NCBI RefSeq assembly: GCF_964355755.1 | Contig: NC_092673.1 | Location: forward strand, 11,938,948 to 12,002,947 | Length of the DNA: 64,000 nucleotides | Direction of reading: 5' to 3' | Origin: Antedon mediterranea | Taxonomy: Eukaryota; Animalia; Echinodermata | Part shown: one piece after another, positions 41,664-53,976 of the stretch | Position numbering within the stretch: the stretch's first letter is position 1 | How the letters are laid out: every line of letters begins with the position of its first letter | Notes under the pieces: model-generated | What the model was told of the DNA's origin: nothing | Databases searched by the model: none | What the model saw: only the letters and a program-made list of their open reading frames with translations | Position numbers and translations under genes: made by a program

Positions 41664-41945
41664 TTGCCTGGGAAGACAGGGGCTCAGCAGATTAAAAAAT
41701 CATATCTGTACAACACAATTACACTTTTATTAGCTCTTTTTAAAATCTATATTCTTTACAGTTATGATACATCAATTTGCTGGAAAGACAGGGGCACAGC
41801 AGATTAAAAAATCATCACCATACAACACAATCACATTTTTATTAACTCTTTTTAAAATCTATATTCTTTACAATTATGACAGATCAATTTTCCTGGGAAG
41901 ACGTGCACAGCAGATTCAAGAATCATTAATTATCTTAAGAACACA
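41664..41945. repeat. Degenerate ~112-bp tandem triplet
   Basis: TTT..CTGG.AAGAC..G..CAGCAGATT.AA.AATCAT at ~41664, ~41776 and ~41888. Confidence 0.8.
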
Positions 41946-42154
41946 ATTATATTTTTAATAATTTAATAATATATTTTTTTAATTAACTTCTATAAAAGAA
42001 ATACCATGTACAGTGTGAAATTTTGTATCACAGAAAATTATACAAATATCCAGTTTTTATTCAATTTATTAATTTCACAACATTATTTGACATATTTAAT
42101 GCATATCAAATTGAATATGAAAAGCCCAATGTTAATTTTTCTGATGGTTGAAAT

Positions 42155-45100
42155 CTACACGCTGCCCATTACCCATCGGTGGTTGGCTAAACGTCTACGC
42201 ATTCGGACAACTGCAGAATCCACACTGGCTCCAGCTTTTTTGTGGTAAATATCTTCCTGTAAGCGATTTCTAGCCATTTGCATGAGAGCGATGTTTCGAC
42301 TGGTAGTCATCAAAGATTGATCAAGTGCACCAGCTCCCTACAAGCATAAACAAATTTGATTTTAATAAATTATTTTCTGTACCAAGTTATTTTGGTATAC
42401 AGTACAACCCGTCGTTTGGTACACTTGCCTGCGAAACAAATGATGAGCAATAATTGTTTTAAGACTAAAACCAACCCCTATTCAGGGGACACTTTGTTCC
42501 CTGAGGTTTTACTCTATTTCCAATCCTATAATGCAATGTTTTACAACCATTAGATAATTATATATTATATAACACCTAAATAAATTCCTGTCATTTGATT
42601 GGACGAATGTGGGTCACATGGCGTGCAATAGTACGCACTATTAAACGATCGTTTAATAGCACTTTTTAAAACATTTTTGTGTACGAAAAAAAAAAATTTT
42701 CGCGGATGAAAAAAAAATCTAGTATATATTTTTGCTGTGAAATACAACAGCGCCACCTGTCGCCTGGCCTCAGTTTTGTTTGTAATGTTTGTAAAAACAA
42801 CCGAGAGATATGCAGCAGCAGATTTTTGTGTACGATTTGGAGATATATATGTACTAATTTCATTCAAAAAGGCATTTAAATTAGCTTTAGATCATTTTTA
42901 GGATTTGATTAATTAATGGGAACATCTCTACAATACGTGGAATCGTTGGAATAAACATAATTAGCCTGGATTAATTACAGTTGCCTGTCGAAGTTTCGTA
43001 TTTCTGTCTTTCAGCCTAGGCCTGTTAGTATTAGGCTGGCCTAGGCGTTTTAGCCTTGCTAGGCCTAGGATTGTTTGTTATAAATAATAAATAAAAACCA
43101 AATGTTACTGTTAATCAATGTGAAACAAATGTAGACCTTGGCTAGGCCTACATTTTATTTGATTCAAATGACAGGAATTTATTTATATAAAACAAATAAT
43201 GTTTTATATTCGTGTAATGGTACAAATAATGGCTTTTGGTGAATGATGAAAGGTTATATCTAACCTTTTATCATTCACCTCATGCCATTATTTGTACCAT
43301 TACACTCATAAACATTCATTATTTGTATATTATAAACCTAATCATATAATAACCAACGTTAATACAAACTTGTGTACAATTATCGAATCCCAAATGACAA
43401 CAATGTGTCCAGACGCTTCAAGCGTCAAACACGTAATAAGCAGTCATTTTTTGGGCCTGCTGTTTAGGTTGCATTTTACATGTTAACTCCACCCCATACA
43501 TATTTGGAGTCATTGGTCGTAACATGGTCATCTAACCTATTGTGATGAGAATGAGACCTTTTGGATTTTTAAAGTAAAGGTACAGTTTTGAAAATAAACT
43601 AACCTTAATGATATCCTGTGCCTCTGGAAGGTTAGTACCAGGGTGTCGTTGGTAGACTCGTACTAAAGGTCTTGTAAGCCGTTCTCTTGTTTCCAAGTCC
43701 GACTGAAGTTCAGGGCCTACAGTGTAGCCCTGTGCCTTTTCTGTGGCATCATACCAACGCTTTGCTCTGTGAATGGCATGTCTGTTTTCTCCTAGTGCTA
43801 CTTGAAGATGTTGCTGATAAATGAATAACAGAAAATTGTGACAGTTTCAAATATCAACACAAAAGTGGCATAATTATTGAAATGTTTTTCTAGAAATTCT
43901 GGTTTTTAAAATTTACTAATTTTGAAACCTTTTAGACCTAAAGTGAATGTTGGTTTTGGGAAAATTCCCAGTTTTATGAGTGCTATCCAATTTGTAAACT
44001 GTATTCAGAACCAGAACAGGGAAACAATTATAACTAATAATCTAATACAGTATTATGAATATTTATTCCACTCACTTGTAAAGATACAGTTTCTGCAACC
44101 TTTTTATTAAGACCACTATTGACAGCTTGGTGTGCTGTGCTCTGCAGTTTATGTGTGTTTTCAATTGCTTCTTTGATTTCTTTTCTTAGTGAAACTGATC
44201 TCTGTCTGGCCTCTCTAGCTTGTGCCATAGATGCTGCAACTTCTGGCGTGAATGGTCCCAGTGGATCTAGCACTGGATTTTCTGTTAATTCACCATCATT
44301 AGTTGGTGATTTCTCTCCTTCATTTAAATCTTGAATATTTGCATCTATTTGTTGAGTATATCCAAACCCGTTAGATCCAAATGTCATTATCTTGTCCTGT
44401 CTAGATGTGCGGCCACTATTTCGGGAATTTCGACCACTAATTCGGTTTGAGTTAGTCACCGATGATAAAGCATGGCATAGCAGATCCAACACTCTGTTTC
44501 TTTCTTGTAAAACTGCATTCAAACGTTTCCTACACACATCCAGCACCTGTGAAAGATGTACATATTCTTGAAACAAAAATACCAACATTGCAAAGAGTAA
44601 TCTAAGGAAATATAGGCACAGTGAGTGCTTTGAAAATAATATAGGCCCACCTAGGCCTATTATTATGCATTCATGAAGAAATATTTTATACCTGTAGTTG
44701 TTTCTGAACAACTCTTAACTTGTTCTCCAATGACTTTTTAAGATGATACAAATGTTGAAGCTCTTTTTCAAGCAATCCATCTGCTCCATCTCTGGGCTAA
44801 AAAATATAAAAATTATAATGTAATGTCTATAAAGTTTAGTTTGAAATAACAATCATGCATCAAAAGATATAACATTAAAAGATTTGTTTTGTTTCTCTAG
44901 TCTTAATGAGAATGTGCATTTTACAACCAGTCCCTACTCGTACTAGGCCTAGCCTAGCCTAGTACTACTACTAATAGTTACTACTAGCTTAGGATAGCCT
45001 AGATAGGTAGATAGAACCCAGACACAAACTAAATTAGCTTACCCTTTCTCGCGATGGTCTTGTTGATCTTACTTCTGTACTTATTTTGTTAAGAGCAATA

Positions 45101-45435
45101 TCTTTACGGATGTGTTCAAGTTTCTTTTCTAATGCCTCTTTTCCACGAATAAGTGATTTAACTTCTTCATTCGTATCTAAAAAGCTTTCACGTAGTTTCA
45201 CAAGAACAGCTCTTGTCTCCCTAACGTATGATAAAATTACTGTATTGCTTTGCTGCACACAGTTATCTCGCAGTGATGGGAGGGGATCAGTTGTCCGACC
45301 AAAATCTAAGCCTTTCTTATCACTTCGCTCAACAACGGCCTGGGAAAATTTAATCTCTTTTATCGTCGATTCCCTCCAAGAAACTGGTCCAACGCTAGCA
45401 GTAGCTAATGGAAGCTGCGTTCTTGATGTTAACAT
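42155..45435 (-). CDS. CCDC105: CCDC105/tektin-like 1 homologue, 5 exons, 453 aa
   Basis: Exons 45435-45043, 44796-44692, 44546-44076, 43813-43604, 42337-42155 (all phase 0, 1362 nt). The protein is coiled-coil with RSTRPSRERPRDGAD, RERLTRPLVRVYQRHPGTNLPEA and DSAVVRMRRR, which I recognise as CCDC105/TEKTL1-like. Confidence 0.85.
42563..43335. mobile_element. Crypton-like non-autonomous element in the last CCDC105 intron
   Basis: Inverted pair TAAATAAATTCCTGTCATTTGA (~42577) / TCAAATGACAGGAATTTATTTA (~43163), then a long terminal palindrome at ~43190-43330. A second copy lies at 30733-32630. Confidence 0.6.
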
Positions 45436-45572
45436 TATTAAAAATCAATGTTTAAAAGTTTAATTTCAGTTTTTCCGCCGGTGGTACGTGTGGAGTGTAT
45501 GTCGTGTTTTCACACGCCAAAAAAGACACATTCCTTTATGTTGTGTTGCGTCGCGTTGTCATGCCTCTACTA

Positions 45573-45586
45573 GTTGCCATGGGAAA
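45573..45586. promoter_or_regulatory. RFX X-box candidate upstream of CCDC105
   Basis: GTTGCCATGGGAAA resembles GTTGCCATGGCAAC and lies ~140 bp upstream of the ATG. A second half-site GTTGTCATG is at 45555. Confidence 0.65.
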
Positions 45587-45849
45587 TTCTATTCACGCCA
45601 CCAGCGGCCGGCTTCTATCGGACTTTTTTCTCTTGCGCGTGGGACGTGGGGAGAATTGAAGCAGCCTGTCGGACCCCGAGCTGGACCGGACAAAGATGAA
45701 CTTTTGTCGCCAATACATGATTTTGCTTGAGTTTTATTAATAATTATTTTTAGAAAATTAAGGTAGCCGAGCTCTATACAATTTGGATGTTATAAAATTA
45801 CGGTACGTGTTGACCATGACATGCCACAAAATGGTATATAAAAAAATCA

Positions 45850-46286
45850 CATTGTAAATCTTCTAATAGTAACCCACACTCTAATAGTAACCTCTCTTCT
45901 AATAGTAACCCACCTTGTAAGTCAATCTATAATAATAACTACTCTAATAGAACCCATGGAGGTTACTAGTATAGTCACAAAAACCATAATATCTCTATGC
46001 AAAAACTTATGATGCAGCCGTATTTAAATACGGATAATGCATCATGTTGATCTCGGGAGTGGGGGAGAATATTGAATGTTTTTGAGTTTATAAAAAGTTA
46101 GAGTTCAACCAAATGTGTTTATTCATACTCTTTTATTATTTTGACCAGATGGGTTACTATAGATGTGCCTAATTTAAGATTAGTAATAGTAACCCACTAC
46201 TCTAATATAGTAACCCCACTTCTAATTGTAACCCACCTAAAAAATCAAAGAATACTATAACACAGGGTTACAAAGAAGATTTACTG
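45850..46286. mobile_element. Tc1/mariner-type MITE relic
   Basis: Ends GTAAATCTTCT / AGAAGATTTACTG|TA, with many subterminal CTAATAGTAACCC repeats. Confidence 0.65.
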
Positions 46287-46574
46287 TAAGTTTTTGATAA
46301 TATCAGAAACAAGCTAAATTATTGCAATATACATCATCCCTGCATCCAAAGACATGTAGGCCTGAATCAAGCAATCTGTCTCTGATGCAGAGATTACAAG
46401 TCCGTCAATCGCTTAAATTTCTATTGTTTTACCGTTTATAAATACCAAACTAATGTTTAGGCCTAGACCAAACAGAGCGGAGTTATTTATATTGTAATTT
46501 TGCTATATCCAAAAAATTGTAGTCATTCATTGCCATCATCTCTGGACTAAATAGGTTCACAATTGTAGTCATTC

Positions 46575-47642
46575 CAGGGCCGTAGCCAGGATCTGTTAAG
46601 GGGGGGTTCGGACACTAAATATTTGAATCAACCCCCCCTCCCCCCTCCTCCCAGCCTGATGCGAAGCGAATTTTGTTAAATGACACCCCTAGATGGCCGG
46701 AAAAGACACTCTCGTGCAGCATGCTATATAACCAATGAGCAAAAAGATCGTACTTTCTTCCTCCTCCTCAAACACGTCGATAATTTAAATGACGATAACT
46801 ATTTGTTGCCGTGTTAGATGCGCGTGCTCTGTGCGGAACCGCCGATTGTTTGATCATTTACTCCGTATTTTGTTTTGCGTTCAAGTTCAATGCGAACGTA
46901 TATCTAGGAGCAGCCCCTAAAAAAGCACACTGGGCGAAGGCAAATGCTATTTGCTAGCTCTATCTATAATATTTATTTACAGAAATTTGTTGAGGAATAT
47001 AAATATGTAAACAGGTGATATTGATACATTTTATTACGTATCGGCTGGTGGTCTAGAAAAAAATAATCGGATGCCATAATGTGAACTACAGTACTTGATA
47101 CCATAGATATTATAGTGTAAAATATTAATATTCACTATAATTAATCCTCTATGATACATTATACTTCATAGTCACACATAAATACTGATGTACGTCGGAA
47201 GGCTATATACTTTATGCATGCTGCCTGACTGCCAGTGATCTAAACAATTATAGGTACGCAGTTTGTCTGGCGGTGTCCTTTGTACGAATCGTTCGTGCGC
47301 CAGCTCGCTATGAGACGCGTCAATATCATGTTACATGCAGGGACCAAACATTTATTTTTCAGGTTAAAATCGGCAATTCATTTGCAGCTTTTAGAAATTT
47401 ACAGACACGTATCACTAGTTGACGCTCATACAGAGAAGAAGGTTCACGAACAAGTTTACGATTTTTCAATTTACAAACAACTTTTTGTACTGTGGGGCAC
47501 GTATTTGGAGGATTTTTGGAGATGAGGGTGAGGTATTGGGCATGTCGGGGATGGGGGTTCACAGTTGGTTAAGGGGGGTTCGCTGTAAGGGGGGGGGGGG
47601 GGTTCGCCCGAACCATAAAAACCCCCTCTGGCTACGGGCCTG
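46575..47642. mobile_element. hAT-like element with 5-bp TSD CATTC
   Basis: CATTC|CAGGGCCGTAGCCAG ... CTGGCTACGGGCCTG|CATTC. It is inserted in the second unit of a ~45-bp tandem dimer whose first unit (~46516-46560) shows the empty site. Confidence 0.85.
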
Positions 47643-48035
47643 CATTCATTGCCATCATCTCTGGACTGAACAGGTTCACAATTGAAATTCCGGGTCCGGA
47701 TTATTTCAGTAGTTTACATTAGTAAAATATTTTAAATGGTTCAGAGTTGGGTCCGTCTTTCAGTTTGACGTAAACAAATATATCGCAGACAAATATTCAT
47801 TTTAAAAGGATTGCTTCGCACTTGGTCGTTGCGTTTTGTGTCTATTATTATACTAAAAATCAAAATATAATAGACCCAAACAAATATTGTGTTTTTTTCA
47901 AATTTTGTCCAGCGGTAGGCCTATAATCAATTTGAAATTTATTTTAGTTTATGGCATGCTGGTCTATGCTGATCTGTTATATATATATAATTTGAAACGA
48001 TAAAGATGAGGAAATCTGTGAGAATGAGAAAAAGT

Positions 48036-48103
48036 CGCCCAACCTAGACTCGAACTCGGACCGCCTGCTTGATATGCAGATGTCCTAACCAGACCACTGG
48101 GGC
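48036..48103 (-). pseudogene. Degenerate copy of the tRNA-like module
   Basis: Same sequence as 48440-48511 but with AAT missing from the D-loop and mismatches in the T and acceptor stems. Confidence 0.7.
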
Positions 48104-48439
48104 TTTCATGGTATTGTTCGAACTCGATTGGATAGCGACTCTTTAACGCTCCTAAGTTGTACGCACGCGCACCAGAGATCAAATTGATACGCCCTCATCT
48201 TACAGTATTTTTATTCACGAGGCGGGATCTCCGAAGAGAATTTCCTCATCTTTATCGTTTCAAATTAATTAATTAAATTTCAGTATATCACCGGGCGGTT
48301 TAGAATTAATGTTCTTTGCCTGATTTGTTTATATATATAGGCCTATATGCGTACAACTGAGGACTAGTGCTGTTCCGCCGTACCACGCCGAGAATGTTAA
48401 AGAGTCGCTATCCAATCGAGTTTGAACAATACCATGAAA

Positions 48440-48511
48440 GCCCCAGTGGTCTAATGGTTAGGACATCTGCATATCAAGCAGGCGGTCCGAGTTCGAGTCT
48501 CGGTAGGGGCG
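48440..48511 (+). tRNA. tRNA-like cloverleaf (Glu/Asp-type body, anticodon ATC), probably repeat-borne
   Basis: GCCCCAG-TG-GTCT-AATGGTTA-GGAC-A-TCTGC-ATATCAA-GCAGG-CGGT-CCGAG-TTCGAGT-CTCGG-TAGGGGC-G. All stems pair except one acceptor mismatch. A and B boxes are intact and TTTTT follows 2 nt downstream. Confidence 0.55.
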
Positions 48512-48944
48512 ACTTTTTCTCATTCTCACAGATTTCCTCATCTTTATCTTTACGTCTCACTTTCAACAGCCTAGCCCTTGTGATAGAGATGTTGTGAGAG
48601 TACAGAAAACATCGTAATAGGGACAATTAATTCGTTCCCTCCCCGAGTTATTGTATTTTGCAATGTTGTATTGCTTTCGCAGGCTCTTCAGCTTTGAGTT
48701 TACTTGCTTTGGAGACAAGTCTATTCCATACTCCTGCTTTATTTTTTTTAGAAATGTCTTTATAAATGTGGTTGTCCCTTTTATTACCTTTTAGTAGGCC
48801 AGACATTTAGCTTCCCCACACACATTTATTTAGTGAAACTGTGACGTCTTCGCTCCACATTTTCGCCGAATATATCTATACACGTGTGTAAAGCAGCTGA
48901 CAGCGACAGAAAATAAAAACACGAATGTTGACTTTTGTCATGTA

Positions 48945-49174
48945 AAAAAAAAATACGGTATTTTTTATTGGCAGCAGAAACGTGTACAAAAAATACGGTA
49001 TAAATTTGTAAATACCGTATTTTATCCACAAATTTTGTGCGGAAAATACGGTATACAAAATACGGTATATTTTTTATGAGCGCAGTTTCTGCTGCCAAAA
49101 ATATACCGTATATATACGGTATTAAAAAAATACCGTATAATATACGGTATTTAGTTGGCAGCAGAAACAGGGCC
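48945..49174. mobile_element. MITE relic rich in ATACGGTAT/ATACCGTAT repeats
   Basis: About 9 copies of the motif in both orientations and three copies of TTGGCAGCAGAAAC. It ends in AGGGCC. Confidence 0.6.
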
Positions 49175-50128
49175 ATTGATAAGCCAAGGGTCCCATGGCG
49201 TTAGCCGATATCTTGAGCATTTGACTCATGTGTCAACCTGTAACACAAATCATTCTTCAAAATCTAAAGAAAGAACCTCACACGTCTTTTTTGTGAGTGA
49301 TACACTATGGATATGCCCACGGAAATAATATGTGGACATTGCAAACAATCATAGGCCTACAGTAACACACATAACATGGCTAATAAGCATAACATTCAGA
49401 CTTTGTTTTCTAGTGGATTTTTATTTACTTTAGCATGTAGAATAAAACTAGTAACAGTGGCTATATTAATAATTATTATTATACTGATTATCCTTGATGT
49501 TATCGCGTCTAATAATAAAATATTTTGTTGTTGAATTTTTCAGCCTTGATTTTACATTTTGAACGAAAGTATTTATTTGTTGACAAGCCCAATTTTGCAG
49601 TCTTAATAATGACTCTTCCACAGTGCATTTTACATGATATTGACCGAGGGTTTTTACGCCTCTATAGCCACTGATCAATACCACAATTAATTTACTTTTT
49701 TAAATGAATATTGAAATGTTTCAACATACCCAATTTATCCGTTTATCCGTCCGTTTTCGAGTTCAATCTTTTGATTAGAGAGGTTGGAGTTTCATTTTGA
49801 ACGAAGGTATTTATTTGATTGATAAGCCAAATTTCTAGTCCTAATGATTTAAGATTCAACGGGTTTTGCTTTCAATTGTATAATAATATTATACATATAT
49901 ATAAATATAATATTAAGTATAATTATGAATTCACCAACACTTTCAGGCCCAATAACAATGATCCCGGGCCCGAGTTTTTGTAGACCGGACTTCCATGCAC
50001 AGCCACATGTTAAGGAATATGAATCTCTTTATGATTTTAATATGGTTCGAAATGATATTACACAACAACGATTAGACAGCAACTGTGCAATAGTCCAACT
50101 AATAAAATCGGAATGATCAATAGGCCTA

Positions 50129-50470
50129 CACTAGGACGATAATGATCGACGATAAATAGACAAATGTGCATTTTTAATACATAAACCAAAAGAAATATAG
50201 ACAATTCCTTTGATGAAAATTATATTTTCACACGTCCAATCAAATGACGTCATGATTAGTAAGACCAATAATATCGTGACAATACAGCGATTTTATTGTT
50301 TTTATTTATCATGACGTCATTTGATTGGAATTTGAAAAACATTATTTTTATCAAAGACAGGATAAATGATTATCCTATAGGTCTAGAACGAAAACCTTTC
50401 TAATTTCTTTTGGTTTATGTAAAAAAAATGCATGCTATATATTTATCGCCCGTCGTTATCGTCATAGTGT
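50129..50470. mobile_element. Foldback MITE (~130-bp imperfect inverted arms)
   Basis: ACACTAGGACGATAA...CATAAACCAAAAGAAAT...TCCAATCAAATGACGTCATGAT vs ATCATGACGTCATTTGATTGGA...ATTTCTTTTGGTTTATG...TTATCGTCATAGTGT. Confidence 0.75.
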
Positions 50471-51253
50471 AATTGGGTCTTTATACAAAAAAAAAATAAA
50501 TTGATTACGAAGTTACATGTCATTTTCACCTATCACCAAAAAACTAACTTTTTCAACACTAATTAATTGTTACGAAGCCAATTTATATTATATATTTCAT
50601 TAAAACTGAACTTTACGGTAAATGAAGAGTAAGTATCAGTTAATATGAATAATATAACTAGTAGGTCTATGAACTTGCGTCCAGACACAGAACTGTGACA
50701 TTACTATCATAAATGTTGAAACCACTTATAAAACCTTTTTTTAAAGAAAATATAATTGCTACCTAGACTGATTGTTCACCTTCTGACGATAATTGATTGG
50801 GCCCCACCCACGGCATCTGATAACCAACAAAAAATTTACCAGGACTGTTTCAATGATTTAATATCTGACGGCGTATTATTAAAGAAAGTCATTGTAAATA
50901 CCTCCCTTTATGTTGACAGAGCCAAAATAAAGTTTTGACCATTATCGAATGATTGGACAGTGACTTATTATAATACCTGGTTGACAGCAAATTATTATTT
51001 ATTGAACAAGATTTTACAGATTTCCGTCTACATCTCAATAATACTGTATTATCAGCAAAGGCTTTCATATAGACTCTCTTCTCCCAGACGTTTTTTGGGT
51101 CCAGCAGCTACCTATAAATTATAGTCGAGTTTCCAAATTCACAAAACTTTGCTACCGCTATGAAACAGCTTATTAATGAATGTGTCCTCCTGGGACGTAC
51201 ATAGCTGGCTAGAGCCGCGGCGCGAAAATAAAATTTGGTATTTATTGCATTAA

Positions 51254-52879
51254 AGGGGGATTCTGGGTTTAAAATTGCTTTTAAATATCGTTTATTTATT
51301 AAATAAAAAATATTATAACAATATAGACATGTCAGAATGAAGAAGTAATAACGAGAAATTAAAAAAATTAAATTTCATATACATTTTAGGGTAAATTCAT
51401 GGAAAATCTGTTTTTCAGCAGCTTAGGGAAGCTCATTAATATTCATGAGATATTCACAAAATCACGTCATCAGTGGATTCCAAACTCGCGACGTCAAGCT
51501 TAGTACGTTGTGTTCTCTCTCCTCTCTGTCAAACGACGACCTCGACCACCCGATCATTGTGAAATACATTTTTTGTAGATTTGCTAAGCTAGGCCAAAAG
51601 TGTAATAATAACAGTAGAGTAGCATATTTATTTGACATTTAATGAAAAACAAAATTTAGTACAGATTACGGAGTCATAAATTATACTATTTTTATACCTT
51701 GAATTAATAGTACAGATCGTATATCGGCTTCACGTACTAGGCTAGGCCTAGCCTAAATCATTTTATTCATGCCGGGGTGAGAGCCATTTCTGACTAGGGA
51801 TTCCATGCCACGATGGCTACGTTAAAACATTGGGGCCATCATTCATGGGCCTAGCTAGCCTATTAATAAACGATTGGCCCATCAATAACAAAACTCAGTG
51901 GATTCCAAACCCATCCTATCAACCAAACTCCTAAACAATCTAAACCTAAAACGTTCTACAAAAATCGGCTGTAAATATTGAGGCAAAACAAGGTCCGATC
52001 GCCGTCCGCACGTATGGTGTCCCGATCGTCTAATGTAATAAGTAGGCCTAGTTTACTCTCCAAAAAAGCGGATACTGCATCAAGCAAGTAGACCGGTAGA
52101 GTAGGAAGGAGACCCAGCCTAGCCGATCCGGCCCAGTTAAAAATTGAGCTAGCTAGTGTAGTAGACCCTATGCGAATTGATACTACCAGGCCTTTTACTA
52201 TAGGCTACACTTGTTAAAATTAGCAATACTGTACTTATGTTTACAAATATTCCAACTCTCTCATTCGAGCTATATTATCTATACCATTCCGGTAGGTTGA
52301 GTCGACCTTCAATCAAATACTGTACATCGTTCATGTTGTGATTATAGACGGGGTATACTCGACCCGACCAGTTTGGTATTGTATACTGTATCTGATTATC
52401 ACGTGATGATGCCAGGCAGCGGCAGAGAGAGCACGTGTATCGTCGTCTCGCTCTCCTCGCTCAGCAGGAATGTATACGTTACGCTTCATTGATTTTGAAG
52501 GCTTTCCCTAAGTCAGTGCGAAAATCGGCAAACGTAAAGTGCAAACTTATCTAATTTTTCACTGTTTTGATGGATTTTCATAGAAAATTGACTTTATAAA
52601 TGGGAAGACCGACTAAAATTACATCAGATAAGTATAATTTTACAAAAGTAATTGATATGGTTAATGATAACGAGTCGTCGGAAGATTGACCATTTCACGA
52701 ATTTCCTATTCTGTAACCACAGTGTGATTTTGCCGTAGCTGCACTTGTAATCTGGCCTCATTTCACAGCCTTCGTTCTGCTTCACTGGGCGCTTATATAA
52801 ATTGAAACTTTTACCGTTCAAGAGACAAACAAATATATTTTACATTTTTTACTATTCATTTTAAACCCGGAATCCCCCT
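51254..52879. mobile_element. Kolobok-like non-autonomous element (TTAA TSD)
   Basis: TTAA|AGGGGGATTCTGGGTTTAAAAT ... ATTTTAAACCCGGAATCCCCCT|TTAA. Confidence 0.85.
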
Positions 52880-53976
52880 TTAAATGCATAATCGCTATCA
52901 AGAGTACGCCCTCAGTCGATCTAAATAACCTACGCTTATTGTTAACACAGCAAATTCTTTGCTTTTAGCAAAGAATATATATCACAAGAATGAGTAATCC
53001 GCGATTTTCCCTGTAACAGTAATATTGTCCATGTGGTAGGGCGCCGCCATAAGTGTGGATGTATCTGGATGTATACAACTTTTTGTGACGGTTTCAATAA
53101 TCAAAGGCTAGACCACCGGTAGTATTTTCATAATAAAAAATGTCATCAACTACATGCCAACATCATGTTAAATACTATTTGGATATTTAATTGTTCGTTT
53201 TATGCAATTTATTTAGTAAAAACTGCCGTATAAACAGTTTGCTTTATCAACCGGGCGCTACGATAGCGTGACCGGGCGTGTTGGTGTTTACGCGTTTTCA
53301 CAAAGGATAGTTTAATAATATTCCTATATTTAACTTCTTTCTGGTAAAACAAATAAATGTTAATAACATTTAACATTTTGTCCTATTAATAACATGTATT
53401 TTATACTAATTTATATCATAAAAACAATACTTAATTTACCGGGCGTAGAGTAGTACACGGCAATGGTAAAGAATAGGCCGTGCGTGATTGTTGGTGTTGC
53501 TGTGTTAGGCCTTTTTTGTGAACTAACTTAGCATGTTAGTAAATAATTGTCTGTAGAAGTGGATGTACACTAGTTTGTTAATAAATATGTATTATAAAAT
53601 AGTTTACAATTGCAAAAACTATTATCATAATTCTATTTAATGTGACATGTATAATATCTATTAAATCAAGTCTTATTTTAGTATTTATACATCCGCCCTT
53701 ATGAGGGCGGGCATCACTCACTGGAGCTCTCTGTTACAAATTTCTCATGCAAAAATCGCGGAATACTCATTCTTGTGATATATTCTTTGCTTTTAGGTAG
53801 TCACTCATCCATTACCACCACACAGCGACCTCACTCACTTACTTCAGGCCAGGGTTTACAGTAGTAGCTTAAGTACGTAGGTATAAAAAGGCTTGGTTGT
53901 TGCTGGGTGGAAATTTTGATTGGAACCCTGTTTAAAAATCTAATGCATCAATTGTATCTGTAACGTTATAGTAAAT

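Larger units (their letters stand above)
47989..48548. mobile_element. (TA)n-associated inverted-repeat element carrying tRNA-like modules (1.5 copies, opposite orientation)
   Basis: 27-bp inverted repeat at 47989-48015 / 48240-48266, with (TA)n at ~47978 and ~48330. 48396-48548 is the reverse complement of ~47998-48147. Confidence 0.7.

Noticed and set aside
44119-45463. Plus-strand ORFs over CCDC105 exons
   Set aside because: Antisense shadows of real coding exons.
47964-48597. Two ORFs sharing LKSRYPIEFEQYHESPSGL
   Set aside because: They are translations of the inverted tRNA-like repeat, not a protein family.
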